Positions 33,639-43,698 of a DNA stretch of 64,000 bases are shown here, in pieces. The stretch lies in contig CAXBME010000015.1 in assembly GCA_963976765.1 (NCBI GenBank), positions 124,001 through 188,000 on the forward strand. Reading direction: 5' to 3'. The stretch is from an uncultured Planctomycetaceae bacterium (GTDB taxonomy: Bacteria; Planctomycetota; Planctomycetia; Planctomycetales; Planctomycetaceae). The notes under the pieces are model-generated. The model was not told the origin of the DNA. It made no database searches and saw only the letters and a program-made list of their open reading frames with translations. The translations under genes and the position numbers were made by a program. The stretch's first letter is position 1, and every line of letters begins with the position of its first letter.

Positions 33639-35012
33639 ATGGCTGTTGACAACAAAAAAATGGCGGCAGATTGCTTTCGGCGAGGCACTGAAGCCATGCA
33701 GAAAGAAAACTGGGACTACGCCATCCAGATGTTTCTTCAGTGCGTGCGGATGGTGCCGGACAATCTGCTGTTCCGACAGACGCTTCGAGGTTGCGAAAAG
33801 AAGAAATATGGCAACAACAAAAGCGGCGCGAAGATGAGCGGCATGAAGCTGATGGGGCCGCGAGGTCGTATCAAGAAGGGGCAACTCAAGAAAGAGTGGA
33901 ACCTCGTTGACCAGGCCTGCGAAGAAGGTCTCGCGATCAACCCGTGGGATCCACAGCTGAATGCTGACCTGGGCGAAGCCTGCATCAAACAGGAATTCAA
34001 AGAGATCGCCGTTTACGCCTACGAATGCGCCGTCGAAGGTGATTCCAATAACAAAGAGCTTTTGCAGCATCTCGCTGAACTGTACGAAGCTCGTGGCGAC
34101 TTCCAGGTCGCCGTGACTGTCTGGGAACGCATCTGCCGCGTCGACCCGAACGATGGTGCTGCTCGAATGCGAGCCAACCAGGCGGCCACAAAGCAGGTCA
34201 TTGACCGCGGCGGATACGAAGGTGCCGACAACACCAAAGGGGTCATGGCCGCTCACGAAGTGGCCAAGCGGCTTAACATTTCAAAAGACGGTGCAGCCGA
34301 CGGTCCCGGTCAATCGGAAGAAGCCGACCTGCAACGGGCGATGCGGAAAGAACCAGACAACAAAGACCACTACCAGCGACTCGGAGACTTCTACAAACGC
34401 AGCGGGAAGTTTGACGAAGCCGCGCAGATGTTTGAAAAAGCCGTCGAACTTTCTGGCGGGGACGTCAACATCAAGGAGCAGGTCGAAGACGTCCGGCTTG
34501 ATCAGATGCGGAAGAACATCGATATCGCCAAATCGAGAAGCGCTGGTTCAGAAGAAGCCACGCAGCAGGTCAAAGACCTGGAAAAGGAACTTCACCTGCG
34601 CGAAATGGAAATGCTCCGCGGACGAGTCGATCGATACCCTGGCGACTTGCGATTGAAATTTCGGCTGGGCGAAGGCTTCATGCATGAAGCGAAATTTGCC
34701 GAAGCGATTCCGTTGTTCCAGCAGGCCAGCCGCGACTCACGCATGGAAGCAAAATGCCTGGCGTTTCTCGGCAAATGCTTCATTCAGGAAAAGAAGTATC
34801 CGCTGGCGAAACGGCAATTCGAAAAGGCTGCTCCGAAAATCGACGTTCACGACCAGGAAGAGTTGTTCCTCGAAGTTCACTACTGGCTTGGTCGACTGTG
34901 CGAAAGTTCCAAAGACAATGAGGCTGCGGAAGAACATTACGGTGAAGTGCTGGCCGTTCAGTACGAATACCGCGACACGCTGAAGCGGCTCGAAGGGCTG
35001 CAAGGCGGCTAA
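33639..35012 (+). CDS. Tetratricopeptide repeat protein
   Basis: Repeated TPR patterns (A...F.KA.EL, LG..Y/F) across 457 aa. Confidence 0.85.
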   Translation: MAVDNKKMAADCFRRGTEAMQKENWDYAIQMFLQCVRMVPDNLLFRQTLRGCEKKKYGNNKSGAKMSGMKLMGPRGRIKKGQLKKEWNLVDQACEEGLAINPWDPQLNADLGEACIKQEFKEIAVYAYECAVEGDSNNKELLQHLAELYEARGDFQVAVTVWERICRVDPNDGAARMRANQAATKQVIDRGGYEGADNTKGVMAAHEVAKRLNISKDGAADGPGQSEEADLQRAMRKEPDNKDHYQRLGDFYKRSGKFDEAAQMFEKAVELSGGDVNIKEQVEDVRLDQMRKNIDIAKSRSAGSEEATQQVKDLEKELHLREMEMLRGRVDRYPGDLRLKFRLGEGFMHEAKFAEAIPLFQQASRDSRMEAKCLAFLGKCFIQEKKYPLAKRQFEKAAPKIDVHDQEELFLEVHYWLGRLCESSKDNEAAEEHYGEVLAVQYEYRDTLKRLEGLQGG

Positions 35013-35086
35013 GGCTGTTGAAAATTACTGACTCCAAATTCAACGTGTGCCAGTGCGACATTTTCTGCAAACGTCGACTGCAAACA

Positions 35087-35110
35087 GCACTGGCAGAGCC
35101 AGTGGCACAC
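35087..35110. repeat. REP-like palindrome GCACTGGCAGAGCCAGTGGCACAC
   Basis: CACTGGC-AGA-GCCAGTG hairpin, with an upstream GTGTGCCA at 35045 pairing to its tail. Confidence 0.65.
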
Positions 35111-35132
35111 ACGAGCTGAAACGACGACCTTC

Positions 35133-35843
35133 ATGCCCAGCCTGACCGTCGAGAATTATCTCAAAGCAATCCTTCAGATCGAGCTGAAAACCGGCGCGAC
35201 GACGATCTCGACCGGTCGACTGGCGGCGGCGCTGGATGTTTCGCCGGGCACCGTCACCAGCATGCTCAAGACACTTGCCGAGTCCGGTCACGCGACCTAT
35301 CGCCCGTACGAAGGGGTGACGCTCAGCGAGACCGGCAAACAAGTTGCTTTGAAGGTCGTGCGGAGGCATCGGCTGATCGAACTATTCCTTGTGCAGACTC
35401 TCGATCTGACATGGGACCAGGTTCACGAAGAAGCCGAGAATATGGAGCACGCTGTCAGCGACTTTCTGGTTGACCGGATCGACGACTTTCTCGGACGACC
35501 GGACGCCGACCCACACGGCGATCCGATCCCTGCTCGCGACGGGGCACTCCGTGGGGAAGGACAGCAGACGACTCCGCTGGTCGAGAACGCTGCTGGTTCT
35601 CAGGTTCGTTTTGCCAGAGTGCTGAATCAGGATTCTGATTTCCTGCGACATCTGAGCGATTCCGGACTCGAAGTCGGATCGGTCGCGACGATTCTGGAAG
35701 TCGACTCGACCGCTGGCGTTGTCACGCTTCAGTTGCCGACGCGCGAGACAACTCTTGAGCACTCCGTCGCCGAGCATCTGCTGGTCGAAACGATGTCTCA
35801 GGCCGTCACAACCGACGCACCTTCAGACGGGACTGACCGGTGA
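35133..35843 (+). CDS. DtxR/MntR-family metal-dependent transcriptional regulator
   Basis: ENYLKAI, HTH VSPGTVTSML, RRHRLIELFL, VHEEAENMEH, DPHGDPIP, FeoA-like C-domain. Confidence 0.95.
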   Translation: MPSLTVENYLKAILQIELKTGATTISTGRLAAALDVSPGTVTSMLKTLAESGHATYRPYEGVTLSETGKQVALKVVRRHRLIELFLVQTLDLTWDQVHEEAENMEHAVSDFLVDRIDDFLGRPDADPHGDPIPARDGALRGEGQQTTPLVENAAGSQVRFARVLNQDSDFLRHLSDSGLEVGSVATILEVDSTAGVVTLQLPTRETTLEHSVAEHLLVETMSQAVTTDAPSDGTDR

Positions 35844-36355
35844 GTGAAGCCTCCGAAAAAGCTGACTCAAACCAGCCAATCAAAGAGAGAAGTATCGGTC
35901 GGATACCTGCTGAAGGAGCGTTGTTTGGAATTGACTTTGGCACGAAGCGGATCGGCATCGCGATTTCCAACCCCGAACAAACAATGTCGATGCCGCTGGA
36001 AAATTACACACTCCACAAACCCGATCTGGATGCAGCGTGGTTAAGGCAACTCGCGCGAGGCTATGGAGTCAGAGGGCTTGTCATCGGTCTGCCCGTGCAC
36101 ATGAGCGGCGACGAAGGCGGGAAGGCAAAGCAGGCGCGTGAGTTTGGTCGGTGGGCAGCGGAAGCAACAGGGTTGCCAGTCACCTGGTGGGACGAGCGTT
36201 ACTCTTCGTCGGTCGCCGACATGCGAATGGATCAGTCGGGAGTTTCGAAAAATCGACGCAAGAGCAAGCGCGACCAGTTGGCCGCGCAGGTTATCCTGCA
36301 GTCGTTTCTCGATGCTGACGACCGGGACGCGCCCCCCTCGTCGTTCACCGACTGA
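35840..36355 (+). CDS. ruvX: YqgF/RuvX pre-16S rRNA nuclease
   Basis: GIDFGTKRIGIAIS, VIGLP, WDERYSS, RDQLAAQVILQSFL. GTGA overlap with the upstream gene. Confidence 0.93.
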   Translation: MSEASEKADSNQPIKERSIGRIPAEGALFGIDFGTKRIGIAISNPEQTMSMPLENYTLHKPDLDAAWLRQLARGYGVRGLVIGLPVHMSGDEGGKAKQAREFGRWAAEATGLPVTWWDERYSSSVADMRMDQSGVSKNRRKSKRDQLAAQVILQSFLDADDRDAPPSSFTD

Positions 36356-36389
36356 AGAACTCAGCATCGTCGCGCGTCAAAGGTCGGTC

Positions 36390-37196
36390 CTACCGAGGGA
36401 CCCGCGGACGTTCGACTTCTTCGGCTTCGGCCTCTCCCTCACCGTCGCCCATCCTGAAATCTGCCGAGTCAAAGGCTGGAGCGCTGGCGCAGTACGGGCA
36501 GGTCGTCCCGTAAATGATGCGACGGCAGCGGCGACATTCATGCGGCCCCACCTGGATCGGTCGAAACTTGATTCGCTTATAAATCAGATAGGCAAACCCC
36601 ATCGCGATGGCGACCGTCGGCCCCCAGACGACTTCTCCGAGCAACGTCCCGAAAGTCATCGGAAACAACCACACGAAGACGGACCCGCACATCAGATAAA
36701 CGAAAGCCACCACCCATCGCTCGCGGTTGTTGTCGGCTTCACGAGCGGCTGCATTAATCGCCTCGCCAAACTCTTCGCGAAGCAGTTCGAACTTCAGTTC
36801 GCTGATCAGACCAACGTTTGCCGCGTGCACTTTCGAAAGCAGACGCTGCACGCTGTCCAGAAGACGGTAGGTGTCGTCAAAGTTGAACTCACCCTGGTGC
36901 GCCCAGCGGTTTCGAAATGCTCGTAATTCGGCGACAAGACTTCGCTCAAACAGATTCAGCTTGCGACGAAACACCGAATTCCACTGATCCCACATGACGG
37001 TGAGCAGCGCGTGCGCATCCCACTTTTCAATGTCTTCGTCCAGCTCTGTGTGAGAGCGATCGTTGCTGAAACTCTTGCGTGCTTCGGCAAGCCATTTGTC
37101 GCCGTGCACGGAACGCAGCTGACTGGAAACAAATGGACGGAGGCCTGCCGTCAGAGTGTCCAGTGCAGTTGTTACGTTGTCCTGAAAAGTATTCAC
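36390..37196 (-). CDS. Swt1-like HEPN domain protein with two TM helices and C-terminal Cys4 zinc ribbon
   Basis: GLRPFV...WDAHALLTVMWDQWNSVF...ELRAFRNRWAHQ (Rx4H), two hydrophobic segments, CRRC...CPYC. Confidence 0.8.
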   Translation of the reverse strand: MNTFQDNVTTALDTLTAGLRPFVSSQLRSVHGDKWLAEARKSFSNDRSHTELDEDIEKWDAHALLTVMWDQWNSVFRRKLNLFERSLVAELRAFRNRWAHQGEFNFDDTYRLLDSVQRLLSKVHAANVGLISELKFELLREEFGEAINAAAREADNNRERWVVAFVYLMCGSVFVWLFPMTFGTLLGEVVWGPTVAIAMGFAYLIYKRIKFRPIQVGPHECRRCRRIIYGTTCPYCASAPAFDSADFRMGDGEGEAEAEEVERPRVPR

Positions 37197-37714
37197 AGGG
37201 CGACCAATGAAGAGGGGAGAGTTGGTGAGAGCAGAGTTGCCGTGCCGCTTCCAGCGTCACAACCTGGTCCGATTCGTCCAATTCTGCACTGCCGAATGAT
37301 GGGGCCCTTACTTTCAACATTCCTTCAGAACAGCACTGAAGCGATGCGGCAGACTACGAATTGCGGCATCCCGCGACCACAAGAGATGAGCCTGTTCGAT
37401 TGTAAAGCCTGGAAAACCTGAGAAGGACAACCGTGTGTACAGTTATTCGGCGTTAGTTCTTATTGAACGGCTCGACCGAAAGCGCAGTTCGTGCGGGGCA
37501 GGTTTTGAGTCGAGTTAATTTCTGACAAATTCTCTGTCGGCGTTATGAGTCAAATCTGATGCCCCGTCCCCTGCGAAGTTTTCAGACAGAACAGAGACGA
37601 GGCATTTCGACACCCAAAATAAACAAAAAAAATTCAACCGAACAAATCCTGACGAATCGAACCACTCAAGGCTTACACCGTGTTCAGCTGGCGACGCACC
37701 CGTGACGTAAAACA

Positions 37715-37749
37715 AAAGCCTCGCCGGATTTGAATTCCGGCGAGGCTTT
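37715..37749 (-). terminator. Intrinsic terminator after C26-family gene
   Basis: AAAGCCTCGCCGGA...TCCGGCGAGGCTTT hairpin, followed on the minus strand by TGTTTT. Confidence 0.85.
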
Positions 37750-37816
37750 CTTGCGGATTGTCGGTAATGTGCCATGTTCCAGACTCTACATCTTCGATGT
37801 CTGGATTCGAGCAATG

Positions 37817-38638
37817 TTAAGCAGCCACCTTCTGGGCCCCAGGAAACGGCAGAACGAATGGGACCCCCTGCCGCCGATCGTCGCAGGCCTGAACGAAAGC
37901 CTCGAACAATTGCATGTCCAGCCGCGAGGCCGTGTCGTTTTCAGGATGCCATTGAACGCCGTGGCAGAACCAGTCTGGGTCGGTTGACTCGAAAGCTTCG
38001 GTCACACCATCGGGTGTCCGTGCCGAGACGCGGAACTCGGGAGCGAGCATGCCGACAGCCATGTGATGCTGGCTATTGACCCGAATTTCGCCCGGTCCGT
38101 AAATCTCGAACAGCATCGAGTCCTCTTCAATTTCGATCAGATGCCGCAGGTTCGGCTCGACCGGATCACGATGCTGAAGCGGCTGTTCGAAGTCTTCCGG
38201 AATGTGTCTCAGAATTGTGCCACCGCAAATCAGATTCATCAGTTGCATTCCCGAACCAACGGCCAGGACGGGCAACTTCCGCTCCACGACCAGCTCGCAA
38301 AGGCGACGATCAAACAATTCGCGGCGAGAAGGCATCGTTCGAGAAGCGGGATGCGGATCGTGTCCGGCCAGTTCCAGATCGAGGTCCAGATGACAACCGC
38401 TGAGCACCAGCCCGTCAATCATGTCGACAATCGCTTCGATGTCTTCCGGCTCTTCGAATGGCGGAATCATAATGGGAAGGCCGCCGGGGCAATTCCGCGC
38501 TTTGTTATTTCCAGCCGTCTGAATCTTCGAAGCCGTCACGCAGTCGTAGTAGCCGGCGTTAAACCAGCTCAGCGCCCCCGCATCCATACGAGCTTCGCGA
38601 AAATCGCCATTGATTCCGATGATTGGTTTCTTCGACAT
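37817..38638 (-). CDS. Peptidase C26 / PuuD-like glutamine amidotransferase homolog lacking catalytic Cys
   Basis: KPIIGI, DGLVLSG, PVLAVGSGMQLMN (canonical GICRGxQ), VNSQHHMAV, DGVTEAFE, GVQWHPE. Start placed at MSKKP (ATG 38638). Confidence 0.88.
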   Translation of the reverse strand: MSKKPIIGINGDFREARMDAGALSWFNAGYYDCVTASKIQTAGNNKARNCPGGLPIMIPPFEEPEDIEAIVDMIDGLVLSGCHLDLDLELAGHDPHPASRTMPSRRELFDRRLCELVVERKLPVLAVGSGMQLMNLICGGTILRHIPEDFEQPLQHRDPVEPNLRHLIEIEEDSMLFEIYGPGEIRVNSQHHMAVGMLAPEFRVSARTPDGVTEAFESTDPDWFCHGVQWHPENDTASRLDMQLFEAFVQACDDRRQGVPFVLPFPGAQKVAA

Positions 38639-39165
38639 TACTTTTGTTACCCCTGAGTGTCTTCCCTGAAACTTCCCGCACAGACAACAAATCCGCACGG
38701 GACCGTTTTTCACGAAGCAAGGAGCTGCGACAAGCAGGGTCGCCAGGCAACAAACGAAACGACTCACGTCATCACCACAGCCGATGACGTGCCGAATCCA
38801 TTCGATGCCGTACGAACCATTCCTTGATTCGCGGTCGATACAAACTCCATTCTCGATCGACCAGTGCTTTGCTGACGATCCTCTTTCGTCAGGTGCCGAA
38901 CATCCGACTTCCAGCCGCTGTCCTGCCAAAGCGTGCGGGATCGTATCGCGAGGCAACCCCAATACAAGCAGATCCCCGATCTTGTGTTTTTTATTCCTGC
39001 GACCACAGCCAGTAGTGTCCCATCAACGGGCTTCTCCCTGGAAACGGGGACGTGACTGGATTCGCATTGCGGATTCTTTGTGGTTACGTTCATTGTCTCG
39101 AAGAAAACGGCAGCCTTCGCCCGGCACAGCCTGCCCCACCGTGCGACACGTCAAGGAGCATCATC

Positions 39166-40014
39166 GTGAAGTCCAGATCGTCAGTCCTGCTTTGTTCTGC
39201 GATGTTTTTTTCTCTGACTTTTCTGAGTTCAACAGCGATAGTCTGTTTTGGCCAGTCAGGTCCAGACGACCATTCGCTCGCACTCAAAAAACATCAGGAA
39301 CTGACCGCCAGGCTGCAGAAGGCTGCAGAAGAACTGACGAAGAAGCTGCTCGAAAAAAGTGCAGACCGGGTCAGCGTTCTGTCGCAACGCGGTGACGCCT
39401 GGTTCTTTCTGGGCGAGTTCAAAAAGTCGGTTGCCGACTACGAAGAGATGGTCGAACTGGATCCGGAACAGGGAGACTCACACTGGCGGCGAGGGATCGC
39501 TCGTTTCTATGCAGGCCAGGTAAAGGAAGCTGCCGAGCAGTTTGAAGCCTACCACTCGTACGACGACATCGACCGCGAAAACGGCATCTGGCGATACTTC
39601 TCGCAGTACCGTGCCTACGGACAAGCCAAAGCGAAAGAAGGCCTGCTGAAATATCGGAAGACCGACCGGGAACCGTTTCCAGATGTTTATCGACTCTTCT
39701 CCGGCGACACGACTCCGAAGCAAATCCTTGAGGCTATCAATCAAGCCGAGATCAGCCAGGACGAACGTAAGAAGCGACTGTTCTACGCTCAACTTTACAT
39801 CGGCCTGAACCACGCCGTCGAAGGCCGCAACGCAGAGGCCATCGTGCATCTGCGTGAATCAACGGCCAATCAGTGGGGTCCGAACGGAGGTTACGGCCCG
39901 CGATACATGTGGCATGTCGGGCGTGTGCATCTTGACCTGCTGCTTAACGAGCCGGAAAAGAAAAACTCGAAGAATGACACGCAACAGACAGCCTCACCGA
40001 AAGGCGGACGTTGA
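39166..40014 (+). CDS. Secreted TPR protein (NlpI-like)
   Basis: AAGGAG before GTG 39166, hydrophobic N-terminus, RGDAWFFLGEF..S..DY, WRRGIARFYAG, ENGIW, FYAQLYIGL. Confidence 0.8.
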   Translation: MKSRSSVLLCSAMFFSLTFLSSTAIVCFGQSGPDDHSLALKKHQELTARLQKAAEELTKKLLEKSADRVSVLSQRGDAWFFLGEFKKSVADYEEMVELDPEQGDSHWRRGIARFYAGQVKEAAEQFEAYHSYDDIDRENGIWRYFSQYRAYGQAKAKEGLLKYRKTDREPFPDVYRLFSGDTTPKQILEAINQAEISQDERKKRLFYAQLYIGLNHAVEGRNAEAIVHLRESTANQWGPNGGYGPRYMWHVGRVHLDLLLNEPEKKNSKNDTQQTASPKGGR

Positions 40015-40017
40015 GTC

Positions 40018-41328
40018 ATGCACGTCGCAATCATCACCGCTGGCGGCGCGGGAATGTTCTGCGGTTCGTGCATGCACGACAACACGTGGGCTCGCGCGCT
40101 GCGGGACGCTGGCATCGACGTGACGCTGATTCCGACTTACACGCCTATTCGAGTTGATGAGGAAGACCTGAGTTCGCGGCGTGTTTTTTTCGGCGGAATC
40201 AACGTTTACCTCGAACACAAATCGAAACTCTGGCGCAGGCTGCCACGATGGATGACGAGATGGGTCGATCATCCATCGCTCATTCGATTCGCCACCCGAT
40301 TCGGAGTGAGCAACGACGCTGCTGAACTCGGCGAACTGACACTGGACATGCTGGATGGCGAGCTTGGTTCTCAGCGGCGAGACATCGACGAACTGGTCTC
40401 ATTCATCGCTAACGATCTGAAACCGGACATCGTCTGCTTCAGCAACGCCTTACTCGCCGGAGCGGTACGATCGCTTCGGCAGAAATTCGGCGGCAGGATC
40501 TTCTGCACATTGCAGGGCGACGACATTTTCCTGGACGGTCTGTCGCCTGAGCATCGTTTGGGAGCGATCGAGCGAATCAGCAACCGAGCTGTTGACTTCG
40601 ACGGCTTTCTGGTTCACAGCGATTATTACCGGGACCACATGTCTGAAATGCTGCGACTTCCGACTGAGAAGTTCACCCGCATCCCGCTCGGGATTGACTT
40701 CTCCGGGTACTCTCCCGGTACGCGACCTCGTGACGATGCGAGTTTTCGCATTGGATACTTCGCGCGGATTTGTCCGGAAAAAGGACTTCATGTCCTGGTC
40801 GAGGCCGTTCGCAAAGTTCGCATCAGTCATCCACACGTCAGACTGATCGCGGGAGGGTATCTCGGAACTCGAGACGTCGCCTACTTCGAGAAATTGAAAC
40901 GCGAAGCTGCTGATCTGGGAGACGCGTTCGAATACATCGGCAGCCCGGACGATCAGGCCGGCAAAGTGGCATTTCTGCAGAGCGTCGACGTTCTGTCCGT
41001 GCCTGCCCCGTACAAAGAGCCCAAGGGAATCTACGTTCTGGAAGCGCTTGCCTGTGGAGTCCCGGTCGTACAACCCGCACATGGTGCCTATCCGGAAATG
41101 CTCGCCGCAACTCAAGGTGGGTTGCTCTTCGAACCAGGAAATGTCGACGACCTCGCCGCCAGGCTGAACAGCCTGGTGACCGATTCAGCAATGCGTAATG
41201 AACTGATTGATCGAGGAAGCTCGCTCGTCCGAGAGTGTTACAGCCTGACGGCGATGAAAAATGCCACCGTGTCCGCGTTTGAGGCTTTTCGGCACAATGC
41301 GACGGATGTCATTTCGACTGACTCCTGA
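40018..41328 (+). CDS. Glycosyltransferase family 4
   Basis: IGYFARICPEKGLHVL, EPKGIYVLEALACGVPVV, GLLFEPGNVDDLA. N-terminal CGSC. Confidence 0.92.
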   Translation: MHVAIITAGGAGMFCGSCMHDNTWARALRDAGIDVTLIPTYTPIRVDEEDLSSRRVFFGGINVYLEHKSKLWRRLPRWMTRWVDHPSLIRFATRFGVSNDAAELGELTLDMLDGELGSQRRDIDELVSFIANDLKPDIVCFSNALLAGAVRSLRQKFGGRIFCTLQGDDIFLDGLSPEHRLGAIERISNRAVDFDGFLVHSDYYRDHMSEMLRLPTEKFTRIPLGIDFSGYSPGTRPRDDASFRIGYFARICPEKGLHVLVEAVRKVRISHPHVRLIAGGYLGTRDVAYFEKLKREAADLGDAFEYIGSPDDQAGKVAFLQSVDVLSVPAPYKEPKGIYVLEALACGVPVVQPAHGAYPEMLAATQGGLLFEPGNVDDLAARLNSLVTDSAMRNELIDRGSSLVRECYSLTAMKNATVSAFEAFRHNATDVISTDS

Positions 41329-41729
41329 CAGGCCGGAAACTCCTTGAAGCAGAGATTATCGGGTGGTAACGTTACGCGACTATTCTCTGGCACTTCTTAA
41401 GGTATTCTTCACCTGCGGGCTTTCAGGCAGCAATCGTCGACACATCTAAGACTGTCTGGTCGGTGTTCGGAACAGCATTCCCGAGACGTAACAAATCTCG
41501 ACGCTTTACCGATGTTGCATTTTTGAAGCAGTCCGACTTCAGTAAAAACTCAATTCTGGTTTCCGCCCCGGTTCGACAGGTTTCTCGTGGTGGCAATTCA
41601 CAAATCGGTGCTGTACCGTTTGACGGTTCACTCTGGCAGAAACCGCACATGCACAGCGTTTTCACCTCGTCGGATCGCTGTCGTTTGAAGGAAAGCTTCG
41701 TGCGAAGAACTACCGATACCAATCGGATT

Positions 41730-43130
41730 GTGAAACAGCTTTGCCGCGCATGCCTCGGCCTCGCTGTTGCGGCGACGTTTGTGACGTCTTCCGTCAGTCC
41801 CTGCTTCGCACAGCCTGTCGACACAGGCTTACCAAAAGGCTTTGCACCGCCGCCGCCGATACCGCCAGAGGTGTCGATCGAAAACCCACTGATCACCGAG
41901 GACGAACTCACCGCCTGGAAGCCGAAGCGGCTGGACTTCCAGGATGCACTCGGCAAAAAACTGACCGGTGATACTCAGAAAATCATCGATGAAGGTTTTC
42001 GCGTGGCGGTTCATGAGATGTCGGTGGTCGAGAAGCGGGACGAATTGACTGATCTTCGCAAGTCGATTGTCAGATACATCGACAACTATGTGGACGTTAA
42101 ATACGAAGACGGGAAAAAGTTCGCCTGTAAGACGGTCGTCAAATATGCAAAGACATTGCTGGATGGCAACCTCCATGTCCGCATGCACGCCGCGCTGCTG
42201 ATCGGAGCGCTGAATATCTCGCCAGAAGTGCCCGGCATACGACTCAAACCGGCGGTGGCCTATATCGATGGCCTGCCAGCACTGCTGGACGTTATCCGAG
42301 CTCCCAAAGATGGCATCGTTCAACCCGAGTCCGTCCGCATTCTGGCAGCTCTGGGAGCCCGACGATTACTGGCCGAAGGGCGGCAAACACTCAAAGTTAA
42401 CAGCAAGATTCCTGTCGACTGCGCACAGCGGATACTGGCTGAACTTCGAGAAGGCGGCTCAGACTGGTACCACCAGCGGCTGATCGAAGCGCTGATCGAA
42501 ACAGCTCTGCCAAGCGTCCCGGACGCTCAGAATCAACAGCAACCTCTGATCGTCGAAGCACTGGCGAAAATTCTGGCCAACCCACAACGATCAAATCAGC
42601 TTCGCGCTCGAGCTGCTTTTCTGATGGGGAGAACACCGATGCCTGGTGGCCTCCAGGCAGCACCGATTGCCTACTCGATTGTTAAGCTGACCCAGAAGAT
42701 CGCGACCGAGGTCAACCAGGGCCGGCTCGCCGGAGAAGCGGCAATCTTCCAGATCAACGACATCTACCTGTCATTCGTTCCGCAGTTCAAAGGCGAAGCG
42801 ACAACGGACGCTCGAAAGGGCGCCGGGCTACTTTCAACGCTCAATCAGAAGCCGATCACGGACGCTCATAAAGATATCAAGCCCATCGTCCAAACGATTT
42901 TTCGACAGTTCCAGGCGGCAGGCACGAAACAATTCAAGGCGTCTTTCCCACCAGGTCTGATCGGCAAACTGAATGCCTGGCCGAAACCCGCCGACATGGC
43001 ACTTGCCGCTGGCCGGGAGTCAACGGAAAAGCCGCTTGCCCCACCCGCCGCTGCGGCGAGGCCGGGAACACCGTCGGCTGCACCGCCTCAGGCAAATCGA
43101 CAGAGCAACAATAAGCGGCCAGCCAGTTAG
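41730..43130 (+). CDS. Hypothetical secreted alpha-helical (HEAT-like) protein
   Basis: Long ORF with a signal-like segment after GTG 41730 and HEAT-like VRMHAALLIG, VRILAALG, LRARAAFLMG. Start uncertain. Confidence 0.7.
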   Translation: MKQLCRACLGLAVAATFVTSSVSPCFAQPVDTGLPKGFAPPPPIPPEVSIENPLITEDELTAWKPKRLDFQDALGKKLTGDTQKIIDEGFRVAVHEMSVVEKRDELTDLRKSIVRYIDNYVDVKYEDGKKFACKTVVKYAKTLLDGNLHVRMHAALLIGALNISPEVPGIRLKPAVAYIDGLPALLDVIRAPKDGIVQPESVRILAALGARRLLAEGRQTLKVNSKIPVDCAQRILAELREGGSDWYHQRLIEALIETALPSVPDAQNQQQPLIVEALAKILANPQRSNQLRARAAFLMGRTPMPGGLQAAPIAYSIVKLTQKIATEVNQGRLAGEAAIFQINDIYLSFVPQFKGEATTDARKGAGLLSTLNQKPITDAHKDIKPIVQTIFRQFQAAGTKQFKASFPPGLIGKLNAWPKPADMALAAGRESTEKPLAPPAAAARPGTPSAAPPQANRQSNNKRPAS

Positions 43131-43698
43131 AGACGCCGTGGTCTGATTCGGGGAAATTGCTGCCGGGAATGTTGAATCTGGCGAACAGCTTTGCAAGCTT
43201 GCCGGTAACCATAAGAACCGCGTCACTTTAGACTATTTTCATGGTTTCTATGCAGGAACTGGCCCTTGGAATAACCCTTGGTTTCTCTAATGGGCTCCTG
43301 CAGAACACCGAAAACGAATTCTGAGAGTGCTTTAGACCATCATTCCTGTCGTTTGCGGATCGTTGACTCCGATTCGGGCAGGGATACACTCTTGATCTCC
43401 GCTCACGCGTCCTGCGCCTCTTCGCGGGCATACCGAGTGGACAGCTTTCGATACCAGATCTTTCCGATTGCTGATTCCGGCGGGCTTCCTGCCCATCGAA
43501 TTGCGCGTCGGCATCCAGAAGAATATCTTCCGGAGGAAGTCTGGTTACCCCTGACCAGTTGAACTGGCTGTCCCTGCCGACTGTTGCCCAGGCTCCCTGC
43601 AAAGACTCTCACGCGGTCAACCCGTCGAGTGTCAACTGAGCATGCAGCTTTCCTCTTTGTTCCGGACAGCCTGACAGTAACCGCGAGAGTACGTTCTG

